Of a DNA stretch of 64,000 nucleotides, positions 22,427 to 32,488 are shown piece by piece. The translations under genes and the position numbers were made by a program. Positions within the stretch are counted from its first letter, which is position 1. Each line of letters starts with the position of its first letter. Below the pieces are notes generated by a model. That model was not told the origin of the DNA. It worked only from the letters and a program-made list of their open reading frames with translations, and did not search any database. The stretch comes from Verrucomicrobiota bacterium (GTDB taxonomy: Bacteria > Verrucomicrobiota > Kiritimatiellia > CAIQIC01 > JAGNIJ01), in assembly GCA_022710725.1 (NCBI GenBank), contig JAKLGK010000010.1, positions 67,190-131,189 of the forward strand, given 5' to 3'.

Positions 22427-22851
22427 ATTTCCGCCCCGCGATCCGGCAGGAGCCCGGCGCGTTTCCGCTCGCGCCCATGATGGACGTGATCTTCCTGCTC
22501 CTGTCCTTTTTCATCACCACGCAGATCTTCGCGCAGTGGGAGACGGAGATCGACATCACGCTGCCCACCGCCGAGACCGGCCAGACCCCGCAGCGCCTGC
22601 CCGGCGAGATCATCGTGAACATCCGGCCCGACGGCGGCGCGATGGTGAACAACCAGGCCCTCGACGATGCCGCGCTCGGCGCGATGCTGAAGCGGCTGGC
22701 CTCGCTGTTCCCCGGCCAGCCGGTCGTGTTGCGGGCGGACAAGGCCGTCGCCTACGAGCACGTCGTGCGCGTGCTGGACCTCTGCCGCAAGGCCGACATC
22801 TGGAACATCTCCTTCGCCACCAGCCTGCCGGAGAGCCCGGCGGCGCCCTGA
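22423..22851 (+). CDS. exbD: ExbD/TolR biopolymer transport protein
   Basis: PLAPMMDVIFLLLSFFI TM segment, then VVLRADKAVAYEHVVRVLD. It has an ATGA overlap with exbB. Confidence 0.85.
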   Translation: MNFRPAIRQEPGAFPLAPMMDVIFLLLSFFITTQIFAQWETEIDITLPTAETGQTPQRLPGEIIVNIRPDGGAMVNNQALDDAALGAMLKRLASLFPGQPVVLRADKAVAYEHVVRVLDLCRKADIWNISFATSLPESPAAP

Positions 22852-22857
22852 CGGACC

Positions 22858-25197
22858 ATGCGTTTTGCCGCGAAGTTTCTGATGTGTTGCGGTTGCCTCG
22901 CCGCTCTCGCGGCCGGGGCGCAGACCAACGCGCCGCCTTCCGACCGCATGGAGTTCGCGGACGGGCTCTACGTGCGGGGCATGTACGACCTCGCGGTGAA
23001 GGAGTACCTGCTCGTCATCCGCGACGAGCCGCCCGGCGTGGCGATCGACGCCGCGCTTTTCCGCGCCGGCGAGTGCCATCGCCAACTGGGCCGGCGGGAA
23101 ATGGCCGAGCGGTACTACAAGCGGATCCTCACGGATTTCCCGCAGAGCCCGCACCGGTTCCTCGCCGAGTTCCGGCGCGCGGAACTCTTCGTGACCGCCG
23201 GTCAGTACCTCGACGGCGCGAACCTGTTGCGGGCGCTCCTGGACGCCGGGCCGCCGGACGACGTGGCCGCCTCGGCGGCGTACTTCCTCGGCACGAGCCT
23301 CGACAAGCTGGGCCAGGCCGGCGAGGCGGAGCAGCATCTGCAGACCGTGATCGACCGGCATCCGAAATCGCCGTTCTACGGGTACGCCTGCCAGGCCCTG
23401 GCCGACCTGGGGCAGCGGACCGGGAAGCCGGCCGCGGAGGTCCGCGACCTGTATCGCCGGGCCGCGGAGCAACCCGCGACGCCGCGCGCCGGCGCCGAGG
23501 CCCTTTTCCAGTGGGCCGAGCACGCGTTCAAGGCGGGCGATTTCGAAGAGAGCGCGAAGGCCTACGAGCAGCTCCTGGAAAAGTATCCCGGCGACCGGCG
23601 CGTCCCGGAGGCCCGGCTCCAGATCGCCTGGGCCTTCCTGCAGTCCGGCAAGAACGCGGCCGCGCTGAAGTTGGCCGAGGAGCGCCTGGCGGCGGGAGAA
23701 GAGGCCGGGCGGGAGGACTGGCTGTACATCAAGGCCAATGCCCTCCGGCAGTTGCAGCGCACCGACCTCGCCCTGGCGGCGTACGATGAACTCATGATGC
23801 AGTTTCCGTCCGGGCCCCGCCGGCCGGCCGCCGCGTACGAGAAGGCGCTCATCGCGTTCCGGCGCGGGCAGCACGAGAAAGTCGTCGAACAACTGGCCGG
23901 CCTCGCGCCGTCCGCGGCGGTCGAGGAGGACCGCGGCTGGCTGCTGGCCGAATCCTACGCTGCGCTGAACCGGTCCGCCGAGGCGCTGGAGCAATTCCAG
24001 GCGCTGGCGGAGAAGTTCCCCGAAAGCGATCGCGCGGCGCAGGCGCTGTACCGCCAGGCGGAACTCCAGCAGGCGGCGGAGGATTTCGCGGCCGCGGCGG
24101 AAGCCTGCCGGAAGATCGCGGAGAAATACTCCCGGGATCCGCTGGTCCCGGACGCCCTCTTCACCGCGGGGTACTGCCATGCGCGTCTCGACCGGCATGA
24201 CGAGGCGCTGCGCGACTGGACCGCGCTGCTGGAGAAGCACCCGGACTATCGCCAGTCCGACGTCGCGCTCTACCAGGTCGCCGTCGCGCAGATCCGGCTC
24301 GGGAAGGAATCCGACGCGCGGCGGACGCTCGAGAGACTATTGAAGGACTACTCGAAGACCGAACGCGCGGTGGACGCGCTGGTGGCGCTGTCGATCCTGC
24401 ACGAGCAGGCCGGCAAGCTGGACAAGGCCGAGGAGGCCGTGCGCGACGCGCTGGCTCGGAAGCCGGCGGAGGCCGAGCTGCCGAGGCTCAAGTACCGGCT
24501 GGCGACGCTGCTGCAGAAGCAGGGCCGCGAGGACGAATCGGCGGCGCTGCTGCAGGCGCTGCTGGACACGCCGATCCGCCGCGACATGCCGCCCGCGATG
24601 CTCGAATGGCTCGCGGATCTTCAACTGCGACACGAGGCCCCGGCGGACGCTTTGAAGGCGGCCCAGGCGCTGGCGGACCAGGCCGGCACGCCGGAGTGGA
24701 AGCAGATCGGCTGGTACTGGGTCGGCCGCAGCCGCGAGGCCGCGGGCGAGCAGGATCGCGCCCTCGAGGCCTATGCCCGGGCGCTGGACCAGGAAGCCCG
24801 GACGCTCGAAGCAGCGGAATCGGCGTTGCGGCTCGGGGATTTGCGCTTGGCCACGGGGGACGCGGCGCTCGCGGAGACGGCTTATCAGGCCGCGGCCGAG
24901 CGCGCGACGGAGCCGGAGGCCATGTCCCTCCGCGCGCGCAGCTACTTCGGGCTGGGCCGCGCGGCGGCGGCGAGGGAAAACTGGGAGGACGCCGCCCGAT
25001 TCTACATGAGCGTCGCGGTGCTGTATGATGATCCCGAACTGGCGCCCAGGAGTTTGCACGAGGCGGCGGCCGCCTTCGATCGCCTGGGCCGCGGCGAAGA
25101 CCGGCAAAAGGCCGTGGACGAATTAACGGCGCGCTACCCGGACAGCGAATGGGCGAAGGAACTGGCGGGAAAGCAGGCGCCCCCGACGATTCCATGA
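22858..25197 (+). CDS. tetratricopeptide-repeat protein (secreted/periplasmic)
   Basis: Signal peptide followed by many A/L/Y-rich 34-aa TPR-like units. Same strand and tightly spaced after exbBD. Confidence 0.8.
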   Translation: MRFAAKFLMCCGCLAALAAGAQTNAPPSDRMEFADGLYVRGMYDLAVKEYLLVIRDEPPGVAIDAALFRAGECHRQLGRREMAERYYKRILTDFPQSPHRFLAEFRRAELFVTAGQYLDGANLLRALLDAGPPDDVAASAAYFLGTSLDKLGQAGEAEQHLQTVIDRHPKSPFYGYACQALADLGQRTGKPAAEVRDLYRRAAEQPATPRAGAEALFQWAEHAFKAGDFEESAKAYEQLLEKYPGDRRVPEARLQIAWAFLQSGKNAAALKLAEERLAAGEEAGREDWLYIKANALRQLQRTDLALAAYDELMMQFPSGPRRPAAAYEKALIAFRRGQHEKVVEQLAGLAPSAAVEEDRGWLLAESYAALNRSAEALEQFQALAEKFPESDRAAQALYRQAELQQAAEDFAAAAEACRKIAEKYSRDPLVPDALFTAGYCHARLDRHDEALRDWTALLEKHPDYRQSDVALYQVAVAQIRLGKESDARRTLERLLKDYSKTERAVDALVALSILHEQAGKLDKAEEAVRDALARKPAEAELPRLKYRLATLLQKQGREDESAALLQALLDTPIRRDMPPAMLEWLADLQLRHEAPADALKAAQALADQAGTPEWKQIGWYWVGRSREAAGEQDRALEAYARALDQEARTLEAAESALRLGDLRLATGDAALAETAYQAAAERATEPEAMSLRARSYFGLGRAAAARENWEDAARFYMSVAVLYDDPELAPRSLHEAAAAFDRLGRGEDRQKAVDELTARYPDSEWAKELAGKQAPPTIP

Positions 25198-25361
25198 GGG
25201 GAAAGCCCATTGACATGTTTTATAAAGTGTGTCACAATTGTATTGGTGTAAAATGTTGCGTATCATTTGAATATGACGATGCTCGCGGCGGGCTTGCCGC
25301 GTGACCGCTGGACACACTTGAAACTGGGTCCAGCCCGGAGCGATGCGGACGGACGGGTGAA

Positions 25362-25934
25362 ATGAATCAACAAGAATGGAACATCAAGGAGCCCTGCGCC
25401 GAGTGCAAGGCCTGTCACCGCGCCTTCGCGGACAAGGAGCCGATATGGTCCCGGCTGACGTTCGGCGCGGAAGGCTACGAGCGCCAGGATTGCTGCGCCG
25501 TCTGCTGGCCGGGGGCGCAGAAGGGCGATTCGGTGAGCGCGTGGAAAAGCGTCTACCACATGCCCGCGCCCCCGCCCCCGGAACCGATCAAGCGCGAGAC
25601 GGCGGAATCCCTCCTCCGCCAGTTCATGGAAACCGAGGATCCGTCCAGACGGAGCGCGATTTTCATCCTGGCCGTCATGCTGGAGCGGCGCCGCCTCCTC
25701 GTGGAACGCGACGTGAAAACCCGCGAGGACGGGCTCAAGGTGCGGTTTTACGAGCATCGGAAAACAGGCGAAGTCTTTGTCGTGCCCGACCCCGGCCTGC
25801 GACTCGACGAACTGGAGCAGGTTCAGCAGGAGGTCATCGCACTGCTCGGTGGTCCGGTCCCTGAAAAGGCCTCGGACAAAAAGGAGAAGCCGTCCTTCGA
25901 TGAATCCCGCGGTGACGGGCCACTTGGATCCTGA
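25362..25934 (+). CDS. hypothetical protein with N-terminal Cys4 zinc-ribbon-like motif
   Basis: CAECKAC...(24 aa)...CCAVCW. Coding-like composition, with no family recognised. Confidence 0.5.
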   Translation: MNQQEWNIKEPCAECKACHRAFADKEPIWSRLTFGAEGYERQDCCAVCWPGAQKGDSVSAWKSVYHMPAPPPPEPIKRETAESLLRQFMETEDPSRRSAIFILAVMLERRRLLVERDVKTREDGLKVRFYEHRKTGEVFVVPDPGLRLDELEQVQQEVIALLGGPVPEKASDKKEKPSFDESRGDGPLGS

Positions 25935-27816
25935 GACGACCGGTTTGGTCGGTTCACGGTCCAGAAAGGGGCTGCTCCCGACGGTTCTGCTCGTGGCGGC
26001 GGGGCTCCTGGCCTACGGCAACAGCTTTCACCGGGTGCTCCATCTCGACGACCTCAAGAGCATTCGCGACAACGAAGGGATTCGGAAACTCTGGCCTCCG
26101 AGCGAGGTGCTGAATCCTCCAACCGGCACTATCAGTTTCTACACGCGGCCCATCCTAAACGCCACCTTTGCATTGGATTATGCGGTCTCGGGGACGGACT
26201 GGTCAGGCTATCGCCGCACAAACCTGCTGCTGCAAGTGCTCTCCGGATGCGCGCTGTATTTCCTGTTGGCCCGTACGCTCCGTCTCCGTCCGGTCGGCCC
26301 CGAGAAGGGAAGCGGAGAGGGCGCATGCCCGTTGCCGGCCGGTTGGCGAGGGTTCTTCTCCGACGGCGCAGATCGGCTGGCTTGGATAATCGCGTTGCTG
26401 TGGCTGGTGCATCCCCTCAACACCGCGGCCGTGAATTACCTTAGCCAGCGGGGCGAAATCCTCGTTGCCCTCTGCCTGTGGACGCTTCTCTATTGTGTGG
26501 GACGCGCAGCCGATGGGGCGGGATGGCGGGCCCGGTGGTGGCAGGCCGCCGCCACCGCCTGCTGCCTGCTCGGCATGGGCAGCAAGGAACACATGCTGGC
26601 AGCCCCGCTGCTGGCCCTGTTGTATGACCGGCTTTTTCTCGCCGATTCCTGGCGGGCGCTGTGGCGGCAGCGCGGCCTGATGCACGCGACGCTCTGGCTG
26701 ACCGCGTGGTGGCCGATCCATCGCCAGTGTATGTACTCCCCGCACATCACGGAGGCCGCCCTGGCGGAAGAGACGCGCTGGCGCTACTTGCTCACCCAGT
26801 GCCGCGGCTTGGTTCGCATGATCCGGCTGGCCTTATGGCCGAGTCCCCTGGTGTTCTACTACGGCCGGGATTTGGCCACCGATCTGTCTGCCGTTTGGCT
26901 GCAGGCCCTGCTGCTCGGGATGCTGGCCGCGGCCACGGCCTGGGCGCTGGTCCGGCGGCCGCGTGCGGGATTCGCGGGCGCCTTTTCCTTCCTGGTCCTG
27001 GCGCCGTCATCCACCCTGGTGCCGATCATCGGGCAACCGGTGGCGGAGCACCGGATGTATGCCCCGTTGGCCGCGCTGCTGGCGCTGGGGGTGGGTGCGT
27101 TACAGGTCGTGTTGAGCAGGATGGTCGGCCCCCGTCGCGCGGCGGGAACCCTGCTGGGCCTGGCGTTGATCGGCGCGATCGGCCTCGGGGCGGTGACCCG
27201 TTGCCGCAATGCCGACTATCGCGATCCGTTAATTCTCTGGCGCGACACCGTCCGCAAGGTGCCGCTCGTCCCGGAGGCCCATTATGATTACGCCAACGCG
27301 CTGCGGGAAGCCGGGCGCCTTGACGAAGCCGTGGCCGAGTATCGCGAGGCCGTGCAGTTGAGCCCCGACTACGTGGACGCGTTGGTCAACGAGGGCGCCC
27401 TCCTCGCGATGGGCCATCGCGCGGCCGAGGCGATCGCGCGGCTGGAACAGGCCCTCCAGCTCAAGCCGGATAATCCCCTGGCGCGCCAGAACCTGGCGTC
27501 CGCGTACCTCGAGGCGGGCGAGTTCGCGAAATCCGCGGAGCAACTCGATCAGGTGCTGAAAGCGGTTCCGTTTGAGCCGCTGGTTACGGTACAATGGGCG
27601 CAGACGATGAAGGAAATGGGGCGCGGCGAGGAGGCCCTGGGTCGTCTCCGGGACACCCTGAAGGTCCATCCGGGTCACCCGGCACTCCTCCATGCCGAGG
27701 CGGAGATCCGGGAATCCTTGAATCGGTTCCGCGGGCCGATGAGCGGAGGCCCCGGCATAACTCCAGGTGTGGGCCTTCCGCCGGAGAAGAGGCCGCAGGA
27801 AGGACATGGCTACTGA
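25900..27816 (+). CDS. TMTC-like membrane protein (multi-TM N-terminus + C-terminal TPR), paralog 1
   Basis: The start was moved to the ATG at 25900 (MNPAVTG...). Features: LAYGNSFH..HLDD, YRRTNLLL, more than 8 TM segments, then TPRs (YANALREAGRLDEAVAEYREAVQLSPDY). Confidence 0.7.
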   Translation: MNPAVTGHLDPETTGLVGSRSRKGLLPTVLLVAAGLLAYGNSFHRVLHLDDLKSIRDNEGIRKLWPPSEVLNPPTGTISFYTRPILNATFALDYAVSGTDWSGYRRTNLLLQVLSGCALYFLLARTLRLRPVGPEKGSGEGACPLPAGWRGFFSDGADRLAWIIALLWLVHPLNTAAVNYLSQRGEILVALCLWTLLYCVGRAADGAGWRARWWQAAATACCLLGMGSKEHMLAAPLLALLYDRLFLADSWRALWRQRGLMHATLWLTAWWPIHRQCMYSPHITEAALAEETRWRYLLTQCRGLVRMIRLALWPSPLVFYYGRDLATDLSAVWLQALLLGMLAAATAWALVRRPRAGFAGAFSFLVLAPSSTLVPIIGQPVAEHRMYAPLAALLALGVGALQVVLSRMVGPRRAAGTLLGLALIGAIGLGAVTRCRNADYRDPLILWRDTVRKVPLVPEAHYDYANALREAGRLDEAVAEYREAVQLSPDYVDALVNEGALLAMGHRAAEAIARLEQALQLKPDNPLARQNLASAYLEAGEFAKSAEQLDQVLKAVPFEPLVTVQWAQTMKEMGRGEEALGRLRDTLKVHPGHPALLHAEAEIRESLNRFRGPMSGGPGITPGVGLPPEKRPQEGHGY

Positions 27817-29842
27817 ACATACAGAACCGATCGCGCCACCGGGCGGGCCGGGGATCACCTCGGGCCCGTTTTCGAAACGGCGCGGATTCTGGCTCCCTGC
27901 GCTCCTGTTGATGCTGGCCGGCTATCTCGTCTATAGCAACAGTTTCCACGGCACCTTGATTCTGGATGACCTGAACAGCATCATTCGGAACGAGGGCATC
28001 CGCCGGCTCTGGCCCTTGAGCGCCGCGTTGCATCCGCCCAAGGGTCCCATCAGCTTCTGGACGCGGCCCATCGTTAATGTCTCGCTGGCCTGGGACTACG
28101 CGAAATCGGGGGAAAACCTCGCCGGGTATCGCCGGACCAACCTGACCCTGCACCTGCTCGCCGGCTGGGCGCTCTACCTGTTGCTGATCCGGCTGCTGCG
28201 GGGCGGGGAGAGGCGCGCCGCGGGGTCGCCCTGGACCGATCCGGAGCGGTTGCCCGGAAGCCTGCGTGCGGTATTCCTGGACGGGGCCCAACTCGCGGCC
28301 TTTGTTGCGACGTTGCTCTGGTTGGTCCATCCGCTCAATACCGCCGCGATGAATTACTTGAGCCAGCGAGCGGAACTGCTCATGACGTTGTTCCTCTTCG
28401 TGACGCTCTATGCCCTGTGCCGGTCGGCGGATTCCGTTGCGGGGCATGATGTCGCGTGGTCCGCGGTTGCCGCGTTCGGCTGCCTGCTGGGGATGGGCAG
28501 CAAGGAAACCATGCTCGTCGCCCCGATCCTGGCGCTGCTCCTGGACCGGGCCTTCCTGGCGGCATCGTGGCGCGATGTCCTCCGCCTGCGCGGCTGGCTG
28601 CACGGGATGTTGTGGCTGACGGCGCTCTGGCCGGTGTCGCGCCACCTGTCCTACTCGCCCCACGTGACGCCGGAACTGCTGGCCCCGGGCATGCGGTGGC
28701 ATTATCTCCTGACCCAGTGCTGGGGCGTGGCGCGCATGATCCGGCTGGCGTTCTGGCCGCAGCCGCTGGTCTTTTTCTACGGCATGGACCTGATCGATAA
28801 TCCGCTCGCCGTCCTGCCGCAAGCCCTTCTCCTGGCCGCGCTGGCGGGCGCGACCTTGTGGGCGGTGGCCCGCCATCCGCGGGCCGGGTTCGCCGGGGCG
28901 TTCTTCTTCGGGGTGCTGGCGCCGTCCTCGACGTTCGTCCCGATCCTCGGCCAGCCGGTGGCGGAGCACCGCATGTACGCGCCGCTGGCCGCCCTGGTCG
29001 CGCTGGTCTCCGCCGGCGCGTTCCTGGCGGCGGTTCGCACGAGGCGGAAGGAGGATCTCTCCCTCTACCTGGCGGCGGGGCTGATCCTGGCCGCGGGGTT
29101 CGGGTGGGCGGCGCACCGGCGCAACGCGGACTACCGGGATCCCCTTGTCCTGTGGGCGGACACGGTCCGGAAGGTGCCCGGCAGCCCGGAGCCACACAAC
29201 GACTACGGCAACGCGCTGCGCGAGGCCGGCCGGCCCGCGGAAGCGGCGGAGCAATACCGGCAGGCGCTCCGGCTCAAGCCGGACTACATGAATGCCCACA
29301 ACAACCTCGGCACGCTGCTGGCGGGACTCGGCCGCTACGAGGAGTCCGAGGAGCACTTGAGGGAGGCGTTGCGCCTGAAACCGGATAGCCCCCAGTTGGA
29401 GGTCAATCTCGGTATGGTCTGCGCGAGCCTCGGCCGGAACGAAGAGGCCCGCGCGCATTTTGAAAGCGCCCTGGCCAGGATGCCCGGCAACCCGCAGGCC
29501 CTTGCCCAATGGGCGATGACCCTCGCCGACCTGGGCCGCGCCGGGGAGGCCCTGGAGCGTTTGCAGGCCGCCCTGGCGGCGCGCCCCGACGATCCGGAAT
29601 TGAACAATGCCCTCGGGGTGACGTTGTGCCGGCTCGGCCGCCCGGCAGAAGCCGCGGATCCTCTGCGGAAAGTGGTGGCGGCATTTCCCGGCAAGGGGCG
29701 GGCGCGCTTCAACCTCGGTAGGGCGCTGTTCGACGCCGGGCGGTTGGAAGAGGCGGAAGCGGAGTTTCTCCGTGTCGGCAGTCCCGAGGCGCGCCGTTAT
29801 ATCGAGAAGATCGAACAGCGCCGCGCCGGAGGCGGGCCGTGA
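27806..29842 (+). CDS. TMTC-like membrane protein (multi-TM + TPR), paralog 2
   Basis: Collinear similarity to the preceding gene (LVYSNSFHGTLILDD, YRRTNLTL, VAEHRMYAPLAAL, YGNALREAGRPAEAAEQYRQALRLKPDY). Start at 27806, overlapping the paralog 1 stop. Confidence 0.7.
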   Translation: MATEHTEPIAPPGGPGITSGPFSKRRGFWLPALLLMLAGYLVYSNSFHGTLILDDLNSIIRNEGIRRLWPLSAALHPPKGPISFWTRPIVNVSLAWDYAKSGENLAGYRRTNLTLHLLAGWALYLLLIRLLRGGERRAAGSPWTDPERLPGSLRAVFLDGAQLAAFVATLLWLVHPLNTAAMNYLSQRAELLMTLFLFVTLYALCRSADSVAGHDVAWSAVAAFGCLLGMGSKETMLVAPILALLLDRAFLAASWRDVLRLRGWLHGMLWLTALWPVSRHLSYSPHVTPELLAPGMRWHYLLTQCWGVARMIRLAFWPQPLVFFYGMDLIDNPLAVLPQALLLAALAGATLWAVARHPRAGFAGAFFFGVLAPSSTFVPILGQPVAEHRMYAPLAALVALVSAGAFLAAVRTRRKEDLSLYLAAGLILAAGFGWAAHRRNADYRDPLVLWADTVRKVPGSPEPHNDYGNALREAGRPAEAAEQYRQALRLKPDYMNAHNNLGTLLAGLGRYEESEEHLREALRLKPDSPQLEVNLGMVCASLGRNEEARAHFESALARMPGNPQALAQWAMTLADLGRAGEALERLQAALAARPDDPELNNALGVTLCRLGRPAEAADPLRKVVAAFPGKGRARFNLGRALFDAGRLEEAEAEFLRVGSPEARRYIEKIEQRRAGGGP

Positions 29843-31413
29843 GATTCGACGTGTTGATCCGCGGCGGGCAGGTGCTCGACGGAACCGGGACGCCTGCGCG
29901 ACGCGCGGACATCGGCCTGCTGGGCGATCGTATCGAGGCGGTCGAAGACCTGTCCCTCGCCGAGGCGGGCGTCGTCGTGGACGCGGCGGGGCGTTGCGTC
30001 TGCCCCGGGTTCATCGACGTGCATTCCCATTCCGACGCCTACCTGCTCATCGAGCCCGCTGCGCCGAGCAAGGTGTTCCAGGGCGTGACCACCGAGGTCG
30101 TCGGCAACTGCGGCGCGTCCGCCGCGCCGCGCCTGGGCCGCTACCTCATGCCGTCCGACTGGCGCGCGATGCCGTATCCCGGTTCGTGGCGCACCGTGGC
30201 GGAATACCGGGCCCTGCTGGAGCAGGTGAAGCCCGCGGTCAACGTGGTCCTGCTGATCGGGCATAACGCGTTGCGGGCCTCGGTCATGGGGTACGAGGAG
30301 CGTCGCTCAACGGCGGATGAATTGGCGGAGATGAAGGCGCTGCTGGCCCGGTGCATGGACGAGGGCGGGGCGGGATGGAGCACCGGGCTGATCTACTCTC
30401 CCGGGATGTTCGCCGCGCCCTCGGAGATCGTTGAATTGGCCCGGGTGGTGGCCGGGCGGAAGGGCATTTACACGTCGCACATGCGGAGCGAGGGCGGGCG
30501 ACTGCTCGAGGCCCTCGACGAGACGATCGGCGTGGGCCGCGAGACCGGCGTGCGGGTCCAGGTCTCGCACCTGAAGACCTCCGGGCGGGCGAACTGGGGG
30601 CTGCGGGAGGCCGCGCTGGACCGGGTGCGGGCCGCGCGGGCGGAAGGGCTGGAGGTCGCCGCGGACCGATATCCCTACACCGCGTCCTGCACGGACCTGG
30701 ACGTCATCCTGCCCGATTGGGCTGCCGGCGGCGGGCGCGAGGAAGTGCTGACGCGACTGCGCGACCCGGCGACCCGCGCGCGCATCCGGGAAGAGATCGC
30801 AGCCCGGCGCGACGCGGCCTACTGGGAAAACCTGGTCATCGGTTCTGTGCGCCACCCGGGCAACGCCGGGTTCAAGGGCCGGCCCATCGTCGAGGTGGCG
30901 CGGCGGCTGGGCCTGGAGCCGGTGGATGCCGCCCTGCACCTGATGGACACGGACGAGTTGCACACCTCCGGCATTTTCTTCGGCATGAGCGAGGACAACA
31001 TGTGGCGCATCCTCGCCGAGCCGTACGTCATGATCGGGTCGGACGCCTCCCTGCGTGCGCCGTCCGGCCCGTTGAGCCGCGATCATCCGCATCCCCGCGC
31101 GTACGGCGCTTTTCCCCGCTTCCTGCGGGCCTCGCTGGATGGCCGGACCGTGTCGCCGGCCGAGGCGGTCCGCAAGATGACGTCCCTGCCCGCGCGGCAA
31201 TTCGGCTTGAAGGATCGCGGCCTCATCGAGCCGGGGATGAAAGCCGACATTGTCGTGTTCGATGCGGGCGGGGTGGGGGACGCGGCGACCTACGAGGAGC
31301 CGCATCGATTGGCGCGCGGCATCGAGACGCTCATGGTCAACGGGCAGGCAGTCCTGTCCGGCGGCAAGCCCACCAACGTCCGCCCCGGCCGGTTCCTGTC
31401 TTCCCGGCGCTGA
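29839..31413 (+). CDS. D-aminoacylase / N-acyl-D-amino-acid deacylase family amidohydrolase (GTG start)
   Basis: GFIDVHSHSD metal-binding motif, VQVSHLK, DRYPYTA, GMKADIVVFD. Confidence 0.8.
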   Translation: MRFDVLIRGGQVLDGTGTPARRADIGLLGDRIEAVEDLSLAEAGVVVDAAGRCVCPGFIDVHSHSDAYLLIEPAAPSKVFQGVTTEVVGNCGASAAPRLGRYLMPSDWRAMPYPGSWRTVAEYRALLEQVKPAVNVVLLIGHNALRASVMGYEERRSTADELAEMKALLARCMDEGGAGWSTGLIYSPGMFAAPSEIVELARVVAGRKGIYTSHMRSEGGRLLEALDETIGVGRETGVRVQVSHLKTSGRANWGLREAALDRVRAARAEGLEVAADRYPYTASCTDLDVILPDWAAGGGREEVLTRLRDPATRARIREEIAARRDAAYWENLVIGSVRHPGNAGFKGRPIVEVARRLGLEPVDAALHLMDTDELHTSGIFFGMSEDNMWRILAEPYVMIGSDASLRAPSGPLSRDHPHPRAYGAFPRFLRASLDGRTVSPAEAVRKMTSLPARQFGLKDRGLIEPGMKADIVVFDAGGVGDAATYEEPHRLARGIETLMVNGQAVLSGGKPTNVRPGRFLSSRR

Positions 31414-31456
31414 AGCCGCCGCTCGCATCCCGGTTGGTTTGCCGGCAGAGGCTTTC

Positions 31457-31484
31457 AACCTTATGCGCATATGCGCATAAGGTT
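31457..31484. repeat. perfect 28-bp palindrome between convergent genes
   Basis: AACCTTATGCGCATATGCGCATAAGGTT equals its own reverse complement. Read directly from the sequence. Confidence 0.9.
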
Positions 31485-31530
31485 AATCCATTTTGGAATC
31501 GCGATGCAACGGCCGGGGGCGCCGGGGGGA

Positions 31531-31935
31531 TCAGCCTGTTGGAGCAGGCGCGGAATCGCCGGGATAATCCTGCTTGCCGAGGATCACGCCGCGGACGCCG
31601 CCGCGCGGCCGGCGGACGTCGCCCGAGCGGCGCGGGATCAGGTGTGCGTGTACGTGGAAGACGGACTGACCCGCCGCGGCCCCGTCGTTGATCCCGAGGT
31701 TGAAACCCTGAATTGCGGGATCGCTTTCCTGCAACTGCTCCGCGAGCCGGCGGGCGAGACGGAGCACGGCCTGCCATTCCTCGTCCGTCAACTCCCGGAA
31801 GGAAGCGACATGGCGGCGCGGAACGATCAACTGGTGCCCGCGTGACACCGGGTAGCGGTCGGAGAGCGCGAGGCACGGGCCGTCCTCGGCCGTGATCCGC
31901 TCCGGCGCCACCGCGCAAAACGGGCAGGAATTCAT
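31531..31935 (-). CDS. HIT family protein
   Basis: CPFC...RYPVSRGHQLIVPRRH...SVFHVHAHLIPR (histidine triad). Start placed at the ATG at 31935. Confidence 0.85.
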   Translation of the reverse strand: MNSCPFCAVAPERITAEDGPCLALSDRYPVSRGHQLIVPRRHVASFRELTDEEWQAVLRLARRLAEQLQESDPAIQGFNLGINDGAAAGQSVFHVHAHLIPRRSGDVRRPRGGVRGVILGKQDYPGDSAPAPTG

Positions 31936-32003
31936 GCCGCGAGCATAGGAGCCCGGAGCGTTGACATCGAGCGGAAAAAGCCTAGTATGCCCTTCTCGCA
32001 CGG

Positions 32004-32079
<76 letters not shown>

Positions 32080-32488
32080 GCTTCATTTTTCCCGCCACTC
32101 ATTTCAGCCTTATTTAACAGGGCTTTTCTTGCTGTTGAGCCCCTTGAAGCCGTGTCCCGCCGGCAGGGCTGTTTCTTTGTCAAAAAGCCATGTGGCCGAA
32201 TTTGGGGCCAAAAGGTTCTTTGCAGCCGTGAGCAGGGGTAGGGGCAGTGGCGGCTCTACCAGTCCCGCCGCCATGGAATTTTCAACACTCCTTCCAAAGG
32301 AGGTGGTGCCTTGGCTGGAGGGGCTCCAATAGGCGTTTTTCTCGCCCAGGAAGCTATCCTAGCCATTTTCCCCTCCAGAAGCTGCTTGGACGCCCCTTTG
32401 GACCTGAAGGCCGTAATAAAGGCGCGGTACGGCTTTCGGCGGTGGGGCCATGGACTTGGGGACGTGCTCGGGCCAGACGGCAGGGAAC

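Noticed and set aside
19338-29509. Other long antisense ORFs (19338-21494 -, 22336-24240 -, 27584-29509 -, 9959-11512 -, 12680-14497 +)
   Set aside because: The same reasoning applies. Each is opposite a gene with clear family motifs and translates to low-complexity R/P/G/A/D sequence.
31457-31484. Calling the 28-bp palindrome a canonical bidirectional rho-independent terminator
   Set aside because: No U-tract directly follows the stem on either strand, so it is kept only as a repeat or possible binding site.
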